DNA of 36,651 bases from Candidatus Moanibacter sp. (GTDB lineage: Bacteria; Verrucomicrobiota; Verrucomicrobiia; Opitutales; UBA2987), in assembly GCA_965215885.1 (NCBI GenBank), contig CBDCEW010000072.1, positions 1 to 36,651 on the forward strand, written 5' to 3'. Every line of letters starts with the position of its first letter. Positions within the stretch are counted from its first letter, which is position 1. The notes beneath the pieces were generated by a model. It searched no databases, was not told the origin of the DNA, and saw only the letters and a program-made list of their open reading frames with translations. Shown piece after piece: positions 9,642-18,342 of this stretch. The translations under genes were made by a program, and so were the position numbers.

Positions 9642-9861
9642 CGACAAATTCTGTCCCGACCGATACCGAGAGATTTCGACAAAGTTGACGACGAAGCTCG
9701 AGACAAGGTTTCCCTCACGGGTGAGTCGTTCCTCTAAACTTCATCGTAAGCCTCGTCGTAAACTTGGTCGATTCTTCGTCTCTACTACTTGCTTCTCAGG
9801 ACGTCGGAAGGGACCTCGACCGCTGCCGGAGAGATGTCGACAAAGCTCGCGACAAAGGTTC
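9642..9861. repeat. 12-bp periodic repeat tracts in alternating orientation (approximate consensus CGACRARGYTYN)
   Basis: Forward units at 9677/9689/9701, reverse units at 9735-9770, forward units at 9838/9850, and a partial unit at 9642. Confidence 0.8.
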
Positions 9862-9901
9862 GGAGAGTTCCCTGCACCCCCAATCTTAATCGTAAGGAGA
9901 T

Positions 9902-11269
9902 TCATGAGCCGCCAGAGACTGCGGCATTGGACGTCTCGGTCACTACCTCCGATCTGGAGAAAGGGTAGCGTTCGAGATCGTAAATTCCGCCCCTTTCGCG
10001 AATGATTTTCTGCACATCCTTGTGGTCCAGGCTCCGGACGTCACAATTTCTCTCGATGCTGAGGGCGGCGGCGATTCCCGCCGCCTGGCCCATCATAGAG
10101 GTGGGACCGGATACCCGCGCCGAGGACATGGACAGCTGGTCCGCTGAGAAGCAGCGCCCGGCGATTAGGAGGTTCTTACCATCTCTCGCGATGAGACTGC
10201 GCAGGGGTATCTGGAAGGGCGGAATCCAACGCTCTTCACGAGGAAGGATGAAGGTGCGCCCCTCGTCGTCCGGACTGTGCGCGTCGACGTGCTGGTAGTC
10301 GCTTACCGCCACGGCGTCGTCGTAGGTCTTGCGGGCCTTGCAGTCATCCACCTGGAGGACGTGGTCGCCAACAATCCGGCAGCCTTCACGGATTCCGATA
10401 ATCGGCGAACAATGGTCCAGCAGCCAGGGGCGCTTCTCAACGGCCTGATGATAGTGCATCACTTCCATCATGCGGCGCCGTCCCTGTAGCTCGGCAGCGG
10501 TGAGGCCCTCGGTATCGGTGGAGTCGAACCCGGGCACCTTCATCTTAATGGCATTACTTCGCGGGCCGTCAGGCCACAGTGTAATCATCGGTAGATCCTC
10601 CTTTTTCCGAACTGGGTTGTACCAACCGTCGGGCAGTTGCACATGGGCATCCTTGGGCTCTACATGCCGCACAAAATACATCATGGACATTGGCAATTGG
10701 GCTCCGTCGGATGGTCTGCCTTTCATCACTTCGAAACCGGCGTAGCGGGCGACATCCCCGTCACCCGAGGCATCGATGACCTGCCTGGCGCGGATCGCTT
10801 CCAGGCCGGATTTCCCGCAGATAATGCATTCGGTGATTCTTCCGTCTTTGACCTGTGCTTCAACGAAACGGGTGTGCAGGAGAAGCTTAACCCCTCTTTG
10901 GCGCAGGAGTTCAATGAGAACGATGGAGAGGATCTCACCATGGCAGACGCCGTTGGGTTTGGTGATGCCCGTGGCGGGATGAACGGCACGGAACGCTTTC
11001 ATGTCGGTGAGAATGTGGTCGAGAACCTCGCCTTTGGTGAGGGTGTACATGAAGTGGAAAACGCCGCCGATAGTGAGGTCGCCACCTGGAGTGGCAAACC
11101 GTTCGATAAGCATGACCCTGGCTCCGGATGCCGCTGCCGCGGCTGCCGCAGAAGAACCGGCGATCCCGCCGCCTACGACGAGAATATCCGTCTCGTAGCG
11201 GATCGGGATGCCGCGCGTGATATGAATTTCTTCGGGTGGTGTTCTGTTCGAATGATTGTTTTCTTTCAT
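9902..11269 (-). CDS. FAD-dependent oxidoreductase (PF12831-like)
   Basis: DILVVGGGIAG, IDASGDGD, IGIREGCRIVG, IPLRSL, NLLIAGRCFS, MGQAAG. Confidence 0.9.
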   Translation of the reverse strand: MKENNHSNRTPPEEIHITRGIPIRYETDILVVGGGIAGSSAAAAAAASGARVMLIERFATPGGDLTIGGVFHFMYTLTKGEVLDHILTDMKAFRAVHPATGITKPNGVCHGEILSIVLIELLRQRGVKLLLHTRFVEAQVKDGRITECIICGKSGLEAIRARQVIDASGDGDVARYAGFEVMKGRPSDGAQLPMSMMYFVRHVEPKDAHVQLPDGWYNPVRKKEDLPMITLWPDGPRSNAIKMKVPGFDSTDTEGLTAAELQGRRRMMEVMHYHQAVEKRPWLLDHCSPIIGIREGCRIVGDHVLQVDDCKARKTYDDAVAVSDYQHVDAHSPDDEGRTFILPREERWIPPFQIPLRSLIARDGKNLLIAGRCFSADQLSMSSARVSGPTSMMGQAAGIAAALSIERNCDVRSLDHKDVQKIIRERGGIYDLERYPFSRSEVVTETSNAAVSGGS

Positions 11270-11454
11270 AATGTAGATTCTTTCGCCTTCCTCTTCATTA
11301 CTTCTCGAATTTTTGAAACAATGGGGTTTACTGTATTGGATTTGGATTTACGATCTTGTCAGTGATAGTAATCGTTGATATCCAAGAGTGTCCAACACCA
11401 TCGGTGAATGTGGTTGATTCGCTGAGACAGGGGCGGCAGCTTGATCAGATACGG

Positions 11455-11727
11455 TGCGCCAAAGTGGCTCAGCTAGTAATCAGCAAACCGGTCATCGAAG
11501 TCGCCGAGGAATTGCTTGACGACGGCGTGGTGCCAAAGAAAGCTGCTGATGATGCGTTCCACATCGCATGCGCTGGAGTTCATCGGGTCGATTTTCTCCT
11601 GACATGGAACTGCAACCACATTGCGAATCCCCACAACAGGCATCGGATCCGGAAGTGCTTCACTCGACATCAGCTCGAAATGCCTGTAATCTGCACACCT
11701 GAAGAGTTTATTGGAGATGACTACTAA
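11455..11727 (+). pseudogene. PIN-domain (VapC-like) toxin, N-terminus missing
   Basis: DAFHIACA...DFLLTWNCNHIAN...PVICTPEE; the N-terminal catalytic YxET/D motif is absent; start approximate. Confidence 0.7.
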
Positions 11728-11950
11728 TACAGGTATTGAGCAAGAATCCGATTCAATCATCGCACGAGTGCGGCGTCTCAAGGAGGAGAACGCGGCAGAG
11801 CACGGCTTCGATGTTCGGGCGATAGCCGCCGCTGCTCAAGCTCGGCAACGAGAGCATCCGGAGCGAATCGTGACACGCATACCAACCGTGGCAGAACAAG
11901 CGGATGGCGACCAACCGCTGACCCGGCCTGTGTCGAGAGACGAATTGTAA
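11717..11950 (+). CDS. Small protein coupled to the PIN gene (probable antitoxin); 3' end runs into attC
   Basis: Overlaps the PIN stop; DSIIARVRRLKEENAAEHGFDVRAI resembles the small partners of this PIN subfamily. Confidence 0.6.
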   Translation: MTTNTGIEQESDSIIARVRRLKEENAAEHGFDVRAIAAAAQARQREHPERIVTRIPTVAEQADGDQPLTRPVSRDEL

Positions 11951-12016
11951 CTCGAGTCCTGTTTGCGCATCGAAGCCGCGCTCTCGGTCAGCGGTGGCTC
12001 ATGCTTGTCGTTAGGA
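11891..12016 (+). other. Integron attC-like recombination site
   Basis: R'' GCAGAAC, R' GTTAGGA, internal inverted arms CCGCTGACC / GGTCAGCGG, 126 bp; next ATG 12 nt downstream. Confidence 0.7.
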
Positions 12017-12028
12017 TCCGAAGACTCG

Positions 12029-12283
12029 ATGGCACTCATAAACCATATCGAACTTCGCGTCGGGAACCTCAATGAATCGGAACGTTTCTACGATCCGGTA
12101 TGCGAATTTTTGGGATACGAAAAGCATCACCGAATGAAGGCATCCATCCTCTACCGTAAGAAGAGAGGAATCGGCGATTTGATTCTGGTTCGAACACGAA
12201 AAGCCGGACAGGGGAAAGTTGGCGTAGAGAACAGGAGCCCACATCTTGAACGACGACAGGCTCCCGCGCGAGCGCGGTCCTAA
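12029..12283 (+). pseudogene. VOC/glyoxalase-family cassette gene, 3'-truncated
   Basis: MALINHIELRVGNLNESERFYDPVCEFLG is a typical VOC N-terminus; the frame ends inside a REP doublet. Confidence 0.65.
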
Positions 12284-12322
12284 TATCGGATGATGGAGCT
12301 GTAGGACCGCGCTCGCGCGGGA
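12262..12322. repeat. GTAG REP doublet (perfect 21-bp inverted repeat)
   Basis: TCCCGCGCGAGCGCGGTCCTA / TAGGACCGCGCTCGCGCGGGA. Confidence 0.8.
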
Positions 12323-12476
12323 TCTACCGAGTTTTAATTAGAACAGATTCTTCTATCGTTCGAGAACGATATCTGAGCTGGCTGCTAGGAGCTCACAGTT
12401 CGCCGGCTACTTTGGGGGCCTGGATATAAACGCTGATTGACATACAAGGCGGCGAACTCCTTGTTCGGAACGAGTT

Positions 12477-14978
12477 ATGATTGGCCTGAAATGTAACGCG
12501 GGACAGAAGCCACCGTTACTGATTACGGTATTCTTGGTCTTGTCCTTTTGCGGTGCATTGGGTTCTGCGGAACCCGAGATGCCGGTGATTTCCGATCCCT
12601 TCGAATGGGAGAAAGTAGCCGCCGTGCCCTTGGAAAACGAAATGGAGGGCGCTTTCATCGGATTGAGCAATGATGGGATTATTCTGGCTGGAGGGATCGT
12701 AAAGGGAGCAGAGGAAGAGTCCGAATACTCCAACAGTATCTTTCACCTCGATACCCGACAGGATGCGCCGGTTTGGAAGCAGGCGACGACGGCTCTCCCT
12801 TTAGGCACCGGGTTTGGGACTACCGTATCGACGGCAGACGGAGTAATCTGTGTAGGGGGCCTGAACGCGCAAGGACCTTCGAAGTCAGTGATCCGTCTGG
12901 TCTTTAACCGTGAACGGAACACCGTCGAAAGTTCTTCCCTCGTTTCCCTTCCCGATCCGCTCGATGGGCTGGCCGCAACGGCCCACGAAGAGATTCTATA
13001 TGTCATCGGTTCTGCCAAAGACGCGTCACCTGCCGGTGGAAGGACAAACCGGTTCTGGTCGATGAGGCTGGATGAATCCGGTGACGCGGAAGACTGGACA
13101 TCACTCCCAGTTCCTGGAGACGAGATGGAAGGGGTCGTTGCGATGGTCCCCCAATATGACGGCATGGAGACGTCGCTGTATATTTTCGGTGAAACCGGTG
13201 AGGGCATCCGATTCAGCCTCAAGGACCATACCTGGCATCCGCTGATGGAATTCCCACAGGCTGAGTTTCACCTAAGTGCGGGTGTGCCGGTGGGCACTGC
13301 AACGATTTTCTTAACAGCAGACAATGTTTCAGGAGATCAGAATTTCTTTTCGGTTTATAACACCATCACGGACCGGTGGGCGGTCTCCAGTCGGCTACCC
13401 ATCGATTCGTCTCCCCTTACTCTGATCTCCCGTGAGCAGAGTGTCTTTGCCCCGGTGCTGGATGGAGGAGGCGTAACAATATACCGCGGTGATCAGAAAG
13501 AGTTTGAAAAAGCACTGTCGATGCTGGACTACATCGTTCTGGCCGGCTATTTCGGCCTCTTGATCGCTATGGGGTTCTTTTTCTCCAGGAGGGAAAAATC
13601 TACCCTGAACTATTTCAAAGCCGGGAAGCGCATGCCCGGCTGGGCCATGGGAATAAGCCTTATGGTCACGAGCACGAGCGCGATCTCATTCATCTCTCTG
13701 CCCGCGAAAGCATTTGTCACGGATTGGCTCTGGTTTGCGACGAACTTGTTCGCGTTTGTGGGCGCCCTGTTGGTCTTTTTCTTTTTCCTCCCATTCTTTG
13801 CCCGCCTCGATGTGACGACGGCCTACGAGTACCTGGAGAGGCGGTTCAACGTTCGCATAAGGCTTCTCGGAGGCGTCCTTTTCCTTGTGAGCGAAATCTT
13901 CCGCATGGGAGCGCTGAGTTACATGCCGGCTCTGGCGCTCTCTGTCGTCTCGGGCCTGGATATCTACCTGTGCATTCTCTTGATCGGAGTCGTTGCGACC
14001 ATCTATACCCTTCTCGGGGGAATAGAAGCGGTGATCTGGACGGATGTCCTGCAGACCATCATCATGTTGGCCGGCTTATTCTGCATGATTGGAATCGTAT
14101 TCTACCGTGTGGACGCCGGCGTTTTCGAAGCCCTGGGAACGGCGTGGGATCTGCAGAAGTTTCGCACCTTTGATTTCTCTTTTGATTTCACAATCGTGAC
14201 CGTGTGGGTTGTATTGACGACATTGCCGGTTGGGGCCAATACCTACATAACTAACCAGGCGCTATTTCAGAGACTCGTCACCACACCAAACTTGAGGGAG
14301 ACCGGCAAAGGTCTTATTGTAAAATCGATCGTCGGCCCTTTTATCATTCTGCTTCTGTTTCTCACCGGTACTTGCATCTTCCTCTTTTACTACTATTCGC
14401 CGGGACAGTTTAATCCGGCCCTTTCCAAGCCTGACCAGATATTACCCTGGTTTATCGTCGTCGAATTACCGGCCGGCGTTTCCGGTTTGATGATCGGTGC
14501 GATCTTCGCCGCCAGCATGTCGAGTCTGGATAGCGGCATCAACAGTATCTGCACGGTTTGCGTGAACGACATTTACGGCCGCTTCGGGGGTAAGTACGAC
14601 GATTTAAAGGCCTTGCGAATGGCAAAGATAATCACCGTGCTGATGGGGATACTGGGAACATTTATTGCCATCCTGATTGCCTCGGCGGGGATAAAGACCA
14701 TGATCGATGTCTACTACCAGTACGTTATCATCTTTATGGGGTGTATCGGTGGCATCTACATGCTGGGCTTTTTTACGACTCGTGGTAACAGTATGGGAGC
14801 GGTCGTGGGATTTCTCGCCGCTTCCGGCGTTTTGATTTACGTGAAGTTCCAAACCGGTCTCATCTTCTTCACCTATGGATTGATCGCGACTTCCGTAGGC
14901 TTGATCGTCGGCTACCTCGCCAGCCTGGTGTGGAAGGGCGAAGAGAAACCGATGGATGGATTGGCGTTTTATACTTAG
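12477..14978 (+). CDS. Sodium:solute symporter (SiaT-like) fused to an N-terminal Kelch/NanM-like propeller
   Basis: Signal-like N-terminus, Kelch-type GG..W repeats; SSS motifs TAYEYLERRF, GGIEAVIWTD, AASMSSLDSGINS. Confidence 0.9.
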   Translation: MIGLKCNAGQKPPLLITVFLVLSFCGALGSAEPEMPVISDPFEWEKVAAVPLENEMEGAFIGLSNDGIILAGGIVKGAEEESEYSNSIFHLDTRQDAPVWKQATTALPLGTGFGTTVSTADGVICVGGLNAQGPSKSVIRLVFNRERNTVESSSLVSLPDPLDGLAATAHEEILYVIGSAKDASPAGGRTNRFWSMRLDESGDAEDWTSLPVPGDEMEGVVAMVPQYDGMETSLYIFGETGEGIRFSLKDHTWHPLMEFPQAEFHLSAGVPVGTATIFLTADNVSGDQNFFSVYNTITDRWAVSSRLPIDSSPLTLISREQSVFAPVLDGGGVTIYRGDQKEFEKALSMLDYIVLAGYFGLLIAMGFFFSRREKSTLNYFKAGKRMPGWAMGISLMVTSTSAISFISLPAKAFVTDWLWFATNLFAFVGALLVFFFFLPFFARLDVTTAYEYLERRFNVRIRLLGGVLFLVSEIFRMGALSYMPALALSVVSGLDIYLCILLIGVVATIYTLLGGIEAVIWTDVLQTIIMLAGLFCMIGIVFYRVDAGVFEALGTAWDLQKFRTFDFSFDFTIVTVWVVLTTLPVGANTYITNQALFQRLVTTPNLRETGKGLIVKSIVGPFIILLLFLTGTCIFLFYYYSPGQFNPALSKPDQILPWFIVVELPAGVSGLMIGAIFAASMSSLDSGINSICTVCVNDIYGRFGGKYDDLKALRMAKIITVLMGILGTFIAILIASAGIKTMIDVYYQYVIIFMGCIGGIYMLGFFTTRGNSMGAVVGFLAASGVLIYVKFQTGLIFFTYGLIATSVGLIVGYLASLVWKGEEKPMDGLAFYT

Positions 14979-15042
14979 GAACCTGTCGGACTTGGTCCGC
15001 TTATCTTACAGAATAAGTGGACCAAGTCCGACAGGTTCCTAG
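14976..15042. mobile_element. Miniature palindromic element (IS-end MITE)
   Basis: 23-bp perfect arms TAGGAACCTGTCGGACTTGGTCC / GGACCAAGTCCGACAGGTTCCTA with TA(G) at both ends. Confidence 0.7.
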
Positions 15043-15043
15043 C

Positions 15044-15067
15044 CTGGAAATCGCAAGCGATTTCCAG
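15044..15067. repeat. 11-bp perfect hairpin
   Basis: CTGGAAATCGC-AA-GCGATTTCCAG. Confidence 0.6.
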
Positions 15068-15097
15068 AGAAGGTGGGCAAGCGAAATTCTGGACTTT

Positions 15098-15195
15098 CCA
15101 CTACAGTTACGACTACGATTACGACGACGAGTTGCGATAGAAGATTGAGCCCTTCCTAATCGTAGTCGAAAATCGAAGACCTTCGACTACGACGG
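15098..15195. repeat. CGA-periodic hexamer tracts, both orientations
   Basis: TTACGACTACGATTACGACGACGA; TAATCGTAGTCGAAAATCG; TTCGACTACGAC. Confidence 0.65.
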
Positions 15196-15273
15196 TCGAG
15201 CGCGGGATAGAGCAGATTCGAAATTCAAAGTTGGGTCATCCCGCTCTGCCGCCCGGCAGAGGTCCTACAGTTA

Positions 15274-17190
15274 GACCTTATCCGAAAAGCTACTGATTGG
15301 CCGCAAAGAGGCGCAAAAGGCGCAAGAAAAACTTGAGAAAAATCATTTTTTGGCTTGATAAAAAGTGTCGCAACATGCTAGTGTTTAACAACTTAAGATT
15401 AAGAAAGGAGTTAAACATGCCAACATGTGCGACAGAGGAGAACAAAAGCGATAAGACGCCCCTTAGCAACCTCATTCTGCCGGTTCCAGACACGGATTTC
15501 CGTGATTTTCTGGATGAAGTTGAAGAATTGGCCGGGTTCGCGGCGCAAATCATCGAGGCGATCGAGAAGGATCTGGACGCCCATGCGCGTGAGAAGAAGA
15601 AACTTCGATTGGAAGATCGCAGGTTCTTTGAAGGGCGCACAGCGGAGCTGCCGGAGCTGGACATCGAGGAGGAGAATATTCTGGCTGCTGAATTGAATCT
15701 TGGGGCAGGCCGGCCGCGGATGCCGGCTTATGCGGTATACGTGTTCGTGATGATTCGAGGGTTTCTGGGTTCGTTGACCACGAAACCGGCACGGCGGTTT
15801 GTGCGCGAGTCGATGAGCTTGTACGGATTTTTGCAGAGCGGGGGACTGAGAATGCCGGCGGTGACGACGATTCTGGAGAACGTGAACCTGGTCAGCCATA
15901 CGACCCGCGAGTTGATCTTTGATAAACAGATTGGGTTTATCCTCCAGGAGCAATGGGACGATTTCGGGAAGCTGACGATCGACAGCACCTCGGTGAAAGC
16001 AAACAGCTGCTGGCCCACCGATGGGAAGATTCTGAGCGGTCTTTTGATGCGGGCCAATCGTTTGGGTCAGAAGTTGCATGTCTTCGGGCTGGAGGATTTT
16101 CGCAAGGGATGGGTTGGGCGTTGGCTGGAGGAAATGGACAAGCTGGAGTTTCAGATTTGTCTGGCCGCGGGCAAACCGAAGTCGAAGGGCAAGCTGAAGA
16201 AACACTACCGGCGGTTGCTCAAGCGGGGCCGCAAGGCGGCCGACTCACTAACGGGGGAACTGAGCCATCTTGAAGAGGGCCTGTCGATGGATTCACTGCC
16301 TCCCACTCGCCGGGAGCTTCTGGAGCGGGCATTGAGCCAGATCAGGGGCGATATTGCCGACGCCAAGCGGGTTGTTGAGTATGCTCATGATCGGGTGTTT
16401 CACGAAAAGAAGCTACCGTCCACACAGAAGGTCCTGAGCCTCTCGGACGGATCGGCGGCCTACATCAAGAAGGGCAGCCGCAATCCAGTGATCGGGTACA
16501 AGCCACAACTGGTTCGCAGCGAAAACGGTTTTGTCACCAGCCTGATCGTACCGCAAGGCAACGCGGCAGACTCCATTGAGCTGGCGCCGGCCATCGGCGA
16601 TTCGATCAAGCGCACCGGTGTCATTGCTGAACTGGTCAGCACCGATGACGGATATGCTTCGGCGAAGGGACGCAAGGAGGTGCTGAGCATGGGGGTAAAG
16701 CAGATCAGTATCAGTGGGGCGAAGGGCAAGAAGTTGACCACCCCCGAGGACTGGGAGAGCGAGGCGTATCGCGAGGCACGCCGCGATCGCTCCGCAGTGG
16801 AGTCGCTGATGTTCACGATTAAAGATGGATTTGCCTTTGGCGAACTCGGCCGCCGCGGCATCGATGCGGTAGGCGATGAACTGCTCGAGAAGGTTCTGGC
16901 CTACAACTTCTGCCGCATCATACTGATGAAGAAACGCCGAGGGGAGGAACTGGAACAGGCAGCCTGAATCTGACCGCTTTGAAGCTCAGAGAAAAAAGCA
17001 CCACGGGATGAGTATGCCTCCAGACAGCGGCAAATATACGTATTGTGCAGCAAGCCACGCCGATGGCCGCTCAATACCTGCTCATCGGCAGCGCCGGCAG
17101 CCTAAAACCCGAAACCTGCCAGCCATAGGCTGGTCCGCCCGTGGCGGAGAACCTTAAACCGCCCGCTCGAAAGGCTTTTCGAATGGGGTC
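15274..17190 (+). mobile_element. IS5/ISNCY-like insertion sequence with 6-bp target duplication
   Basis: TIRs GACCTTATCCGAAAAGC / GCTTTTCGAATGGGGTC (14/17); CAGTTA at 15268-15273 and 17191-17196. Confidence 0.9.
15417..16967 (+). CDS. DDE transposase (IS5/ISNCY-like)
   Basis: AAGGAG RBS before ATG 15417; GRPRM, TIDST, STDDGY and RSAVES motifs. Confidence 0.85.
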   Translation: MPTCATEENKSDKTPLSNLILPVPDTDFRDFLDEVEELAGFAAQIIEAIEKDLDAHAREKKKLRLEDRRFFEGRTAELPELDIEEENILAAELNLGAGRPRMPAYAVYVFVMIRGFLGSLTTKPARRFVRESMSLYGFLQSGGLRMPAVTTILENVNLVSHTTRELIFDKQIGFILQEQWDDFGKLTIDSTSVKANSCWPTDGKILSGLLMRANRLGQKLHVFGLEDFRKGWVGRWLEEMDKLEFQICLAAGKPKSKGKLKKHYRRLLKRGRKAADSLTGELSHLEEGLSMDSLPPTRRELLERALSQIRGDIADAKRVVEYAHDRVFHEKKLPSTQKVLSLSDGSAAYIKKGSRNPVIGYKPQLVRSENGFVTSLIVPQGNAADSIELAPAIGDSIKRTGVIAELVSTDDGYASAKGRKEVLSMGVKQISISGAKGKKLTTPEDWESEAYREARRDRSAVESLMFTIKDGFAFGELGRRGIDAVGDELLEKVLAYNFCRIILMKKRRGEELEQAA

Positions 17191-17199
17191 CAGTTAGTA

Positions 17200-18204
17200 A
17201 TGAAAATACTTATCATAGGTGGCACGGGCTTGATCAGCACGGAGATCAGCAATCAGCTGCTTAAACGGAATGTGGATCTCACACTCTTCAATCGGGGCCA
17301 AAGGAAAAGTCGATTGCAGGGCAGGACCAAGACAATCCTTGGTGATCGAAAGGAGCATGAACAAATTGAGGAAACGATTCGGAGATCCGGGCCATGGGAT
17401 TGCATAATTGATATTATCTGTTCAGATCCCGCTGATGCGGAGAGCATGAACCGGGCGGCTCGTGGGAACACCACGCAGTTGATATTCTGCAGCACTTCCA
17501 ATGTCTATCCCAAGCCGGCTTCGAGTTACCCGGTTAAAGAGAATGAACCCTTGGGTGCGAAGTTTAAGAACGGGATAAATAAGGCGCAGTGCGAGGGAAT
17601 TCATCTGAATGCGCATCACCGTGGAGATTACAACGTGACAATTCTGCGACCGGCTCACACTTATGGCGATGTCGGTCCGATTCTACATTCGCTGGGTAGC
17701 AACAGCAGTTTTCTGGATCGAATGATGAAAGGAAAAGCAATCTGCGTCCATGGCGACGGTTACGGGTTGTGGTCTGCAGGACACGCCAGTGATGTGGCGA
17801 GGGCTTTCGTGGCGGCCTGTAACAACGAGAAGAGTTATGGTGAGATATATAATGTGACTGGTGATGAATGGTTCACATGGAAACGGTATTACGAGGTGAT
17901 CGCTGAGGGTTTCGACGTGGCGAGTCTCAATTTGATCAATATACCCACCCGTATTCTTAGAGAGATTTCTCCTGAGAGATCCGCCCAATGTGAGCGCAGC
18001 TTTCAGTATCCCGGTATATACGACAACTCGCGTGCGCGAGAAGATCTGAAATATCGCTGTGAGATTTCATTAAATGAGGGAATGAAAAGGAATCTGAACT
18101 GGCTGATCAGCGAAAAGAAGATCGTATCCTGGGAGGACGATACGGAGTATGACGAGATCATAGATGCATTTTTGAGGGGTGGTTGGACTTCAAATTTGGA
18201 ATAG
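17200..18204 (+). CDS. NAD-dependent epimerase/dehydratase
   Basis: MKILIIGGTGLIS Rossmann motif; ILRPAHTYG; YNVTG. Confidence 0.9.
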   Translation: MKILIIGGTGLISTEISNQLLKRNVDLTLFNRGQRKSRLQGRTKTILGDRKEHEQIEETIRRSGPWDCIIDIICSDPADAESMNRAARGNTTQLIFCSTSNVYPKPASSYPVKENEPLGAKFKNGINKAQCEGIHLNAHHRGDYNVTILRPAHTYGDVGPILHSLGSNSSFLDRMMKGKAICVHGDGYGLWSAGHASDVARAFVAACNNEKSYGEIYNVTGDEWFTWKRYYEVIAEGFDVASLNLINIPTRILREISPERSAQCERSFQYPGIYDNSRAREDLKYRCEISLNEGMKRNLNWLISEKKIVSWEDDTEYDEIIDAFLRGGWTSNLE

Positions 18205-18260
18205 CAGGGAACGCGGTTGTTGGAAACCCTGAGCGGAGTCAAAGGGCGCGCGTTCCCTGC
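18204..18260. repeat. Hairpin enclosing a CCCTGAGCGGAGTCAAAGGG REP-like unit
   Basis: GCAGGGAACGCG / CGCGTTCCCTGC arms; inner unit resembles the reverse complement of 31441-31463. Confidence 0.6.
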
Positions 18261-18342
18261 CAAAAATGGTGTGCGGTGGCAATCACGGTTACAGAGGGTA
18301 GGAAGCTCACCTCAGGCCGGTTTCGCGCAGATATCAATGCAG

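Noticed and set aside
9642..9861. CRISPR array
   Set aside because: Units are degenerate 12-mers in tandem with changing orientation, without unique spacers of constant length; no cas genes
11356..11950. Functional toxin-antitoxin system
   Set aside because: The PIN domain lacks its N-terminal catalytic region; the upstream ORF sequence is unrelated
15297..15416. Basic N-terminal extension MAAKRRKRRKK of the transposase
   Set aside because: Arises from a CGCAAA periodic repeat in the IS end; a good RBS precedes ATG 15417
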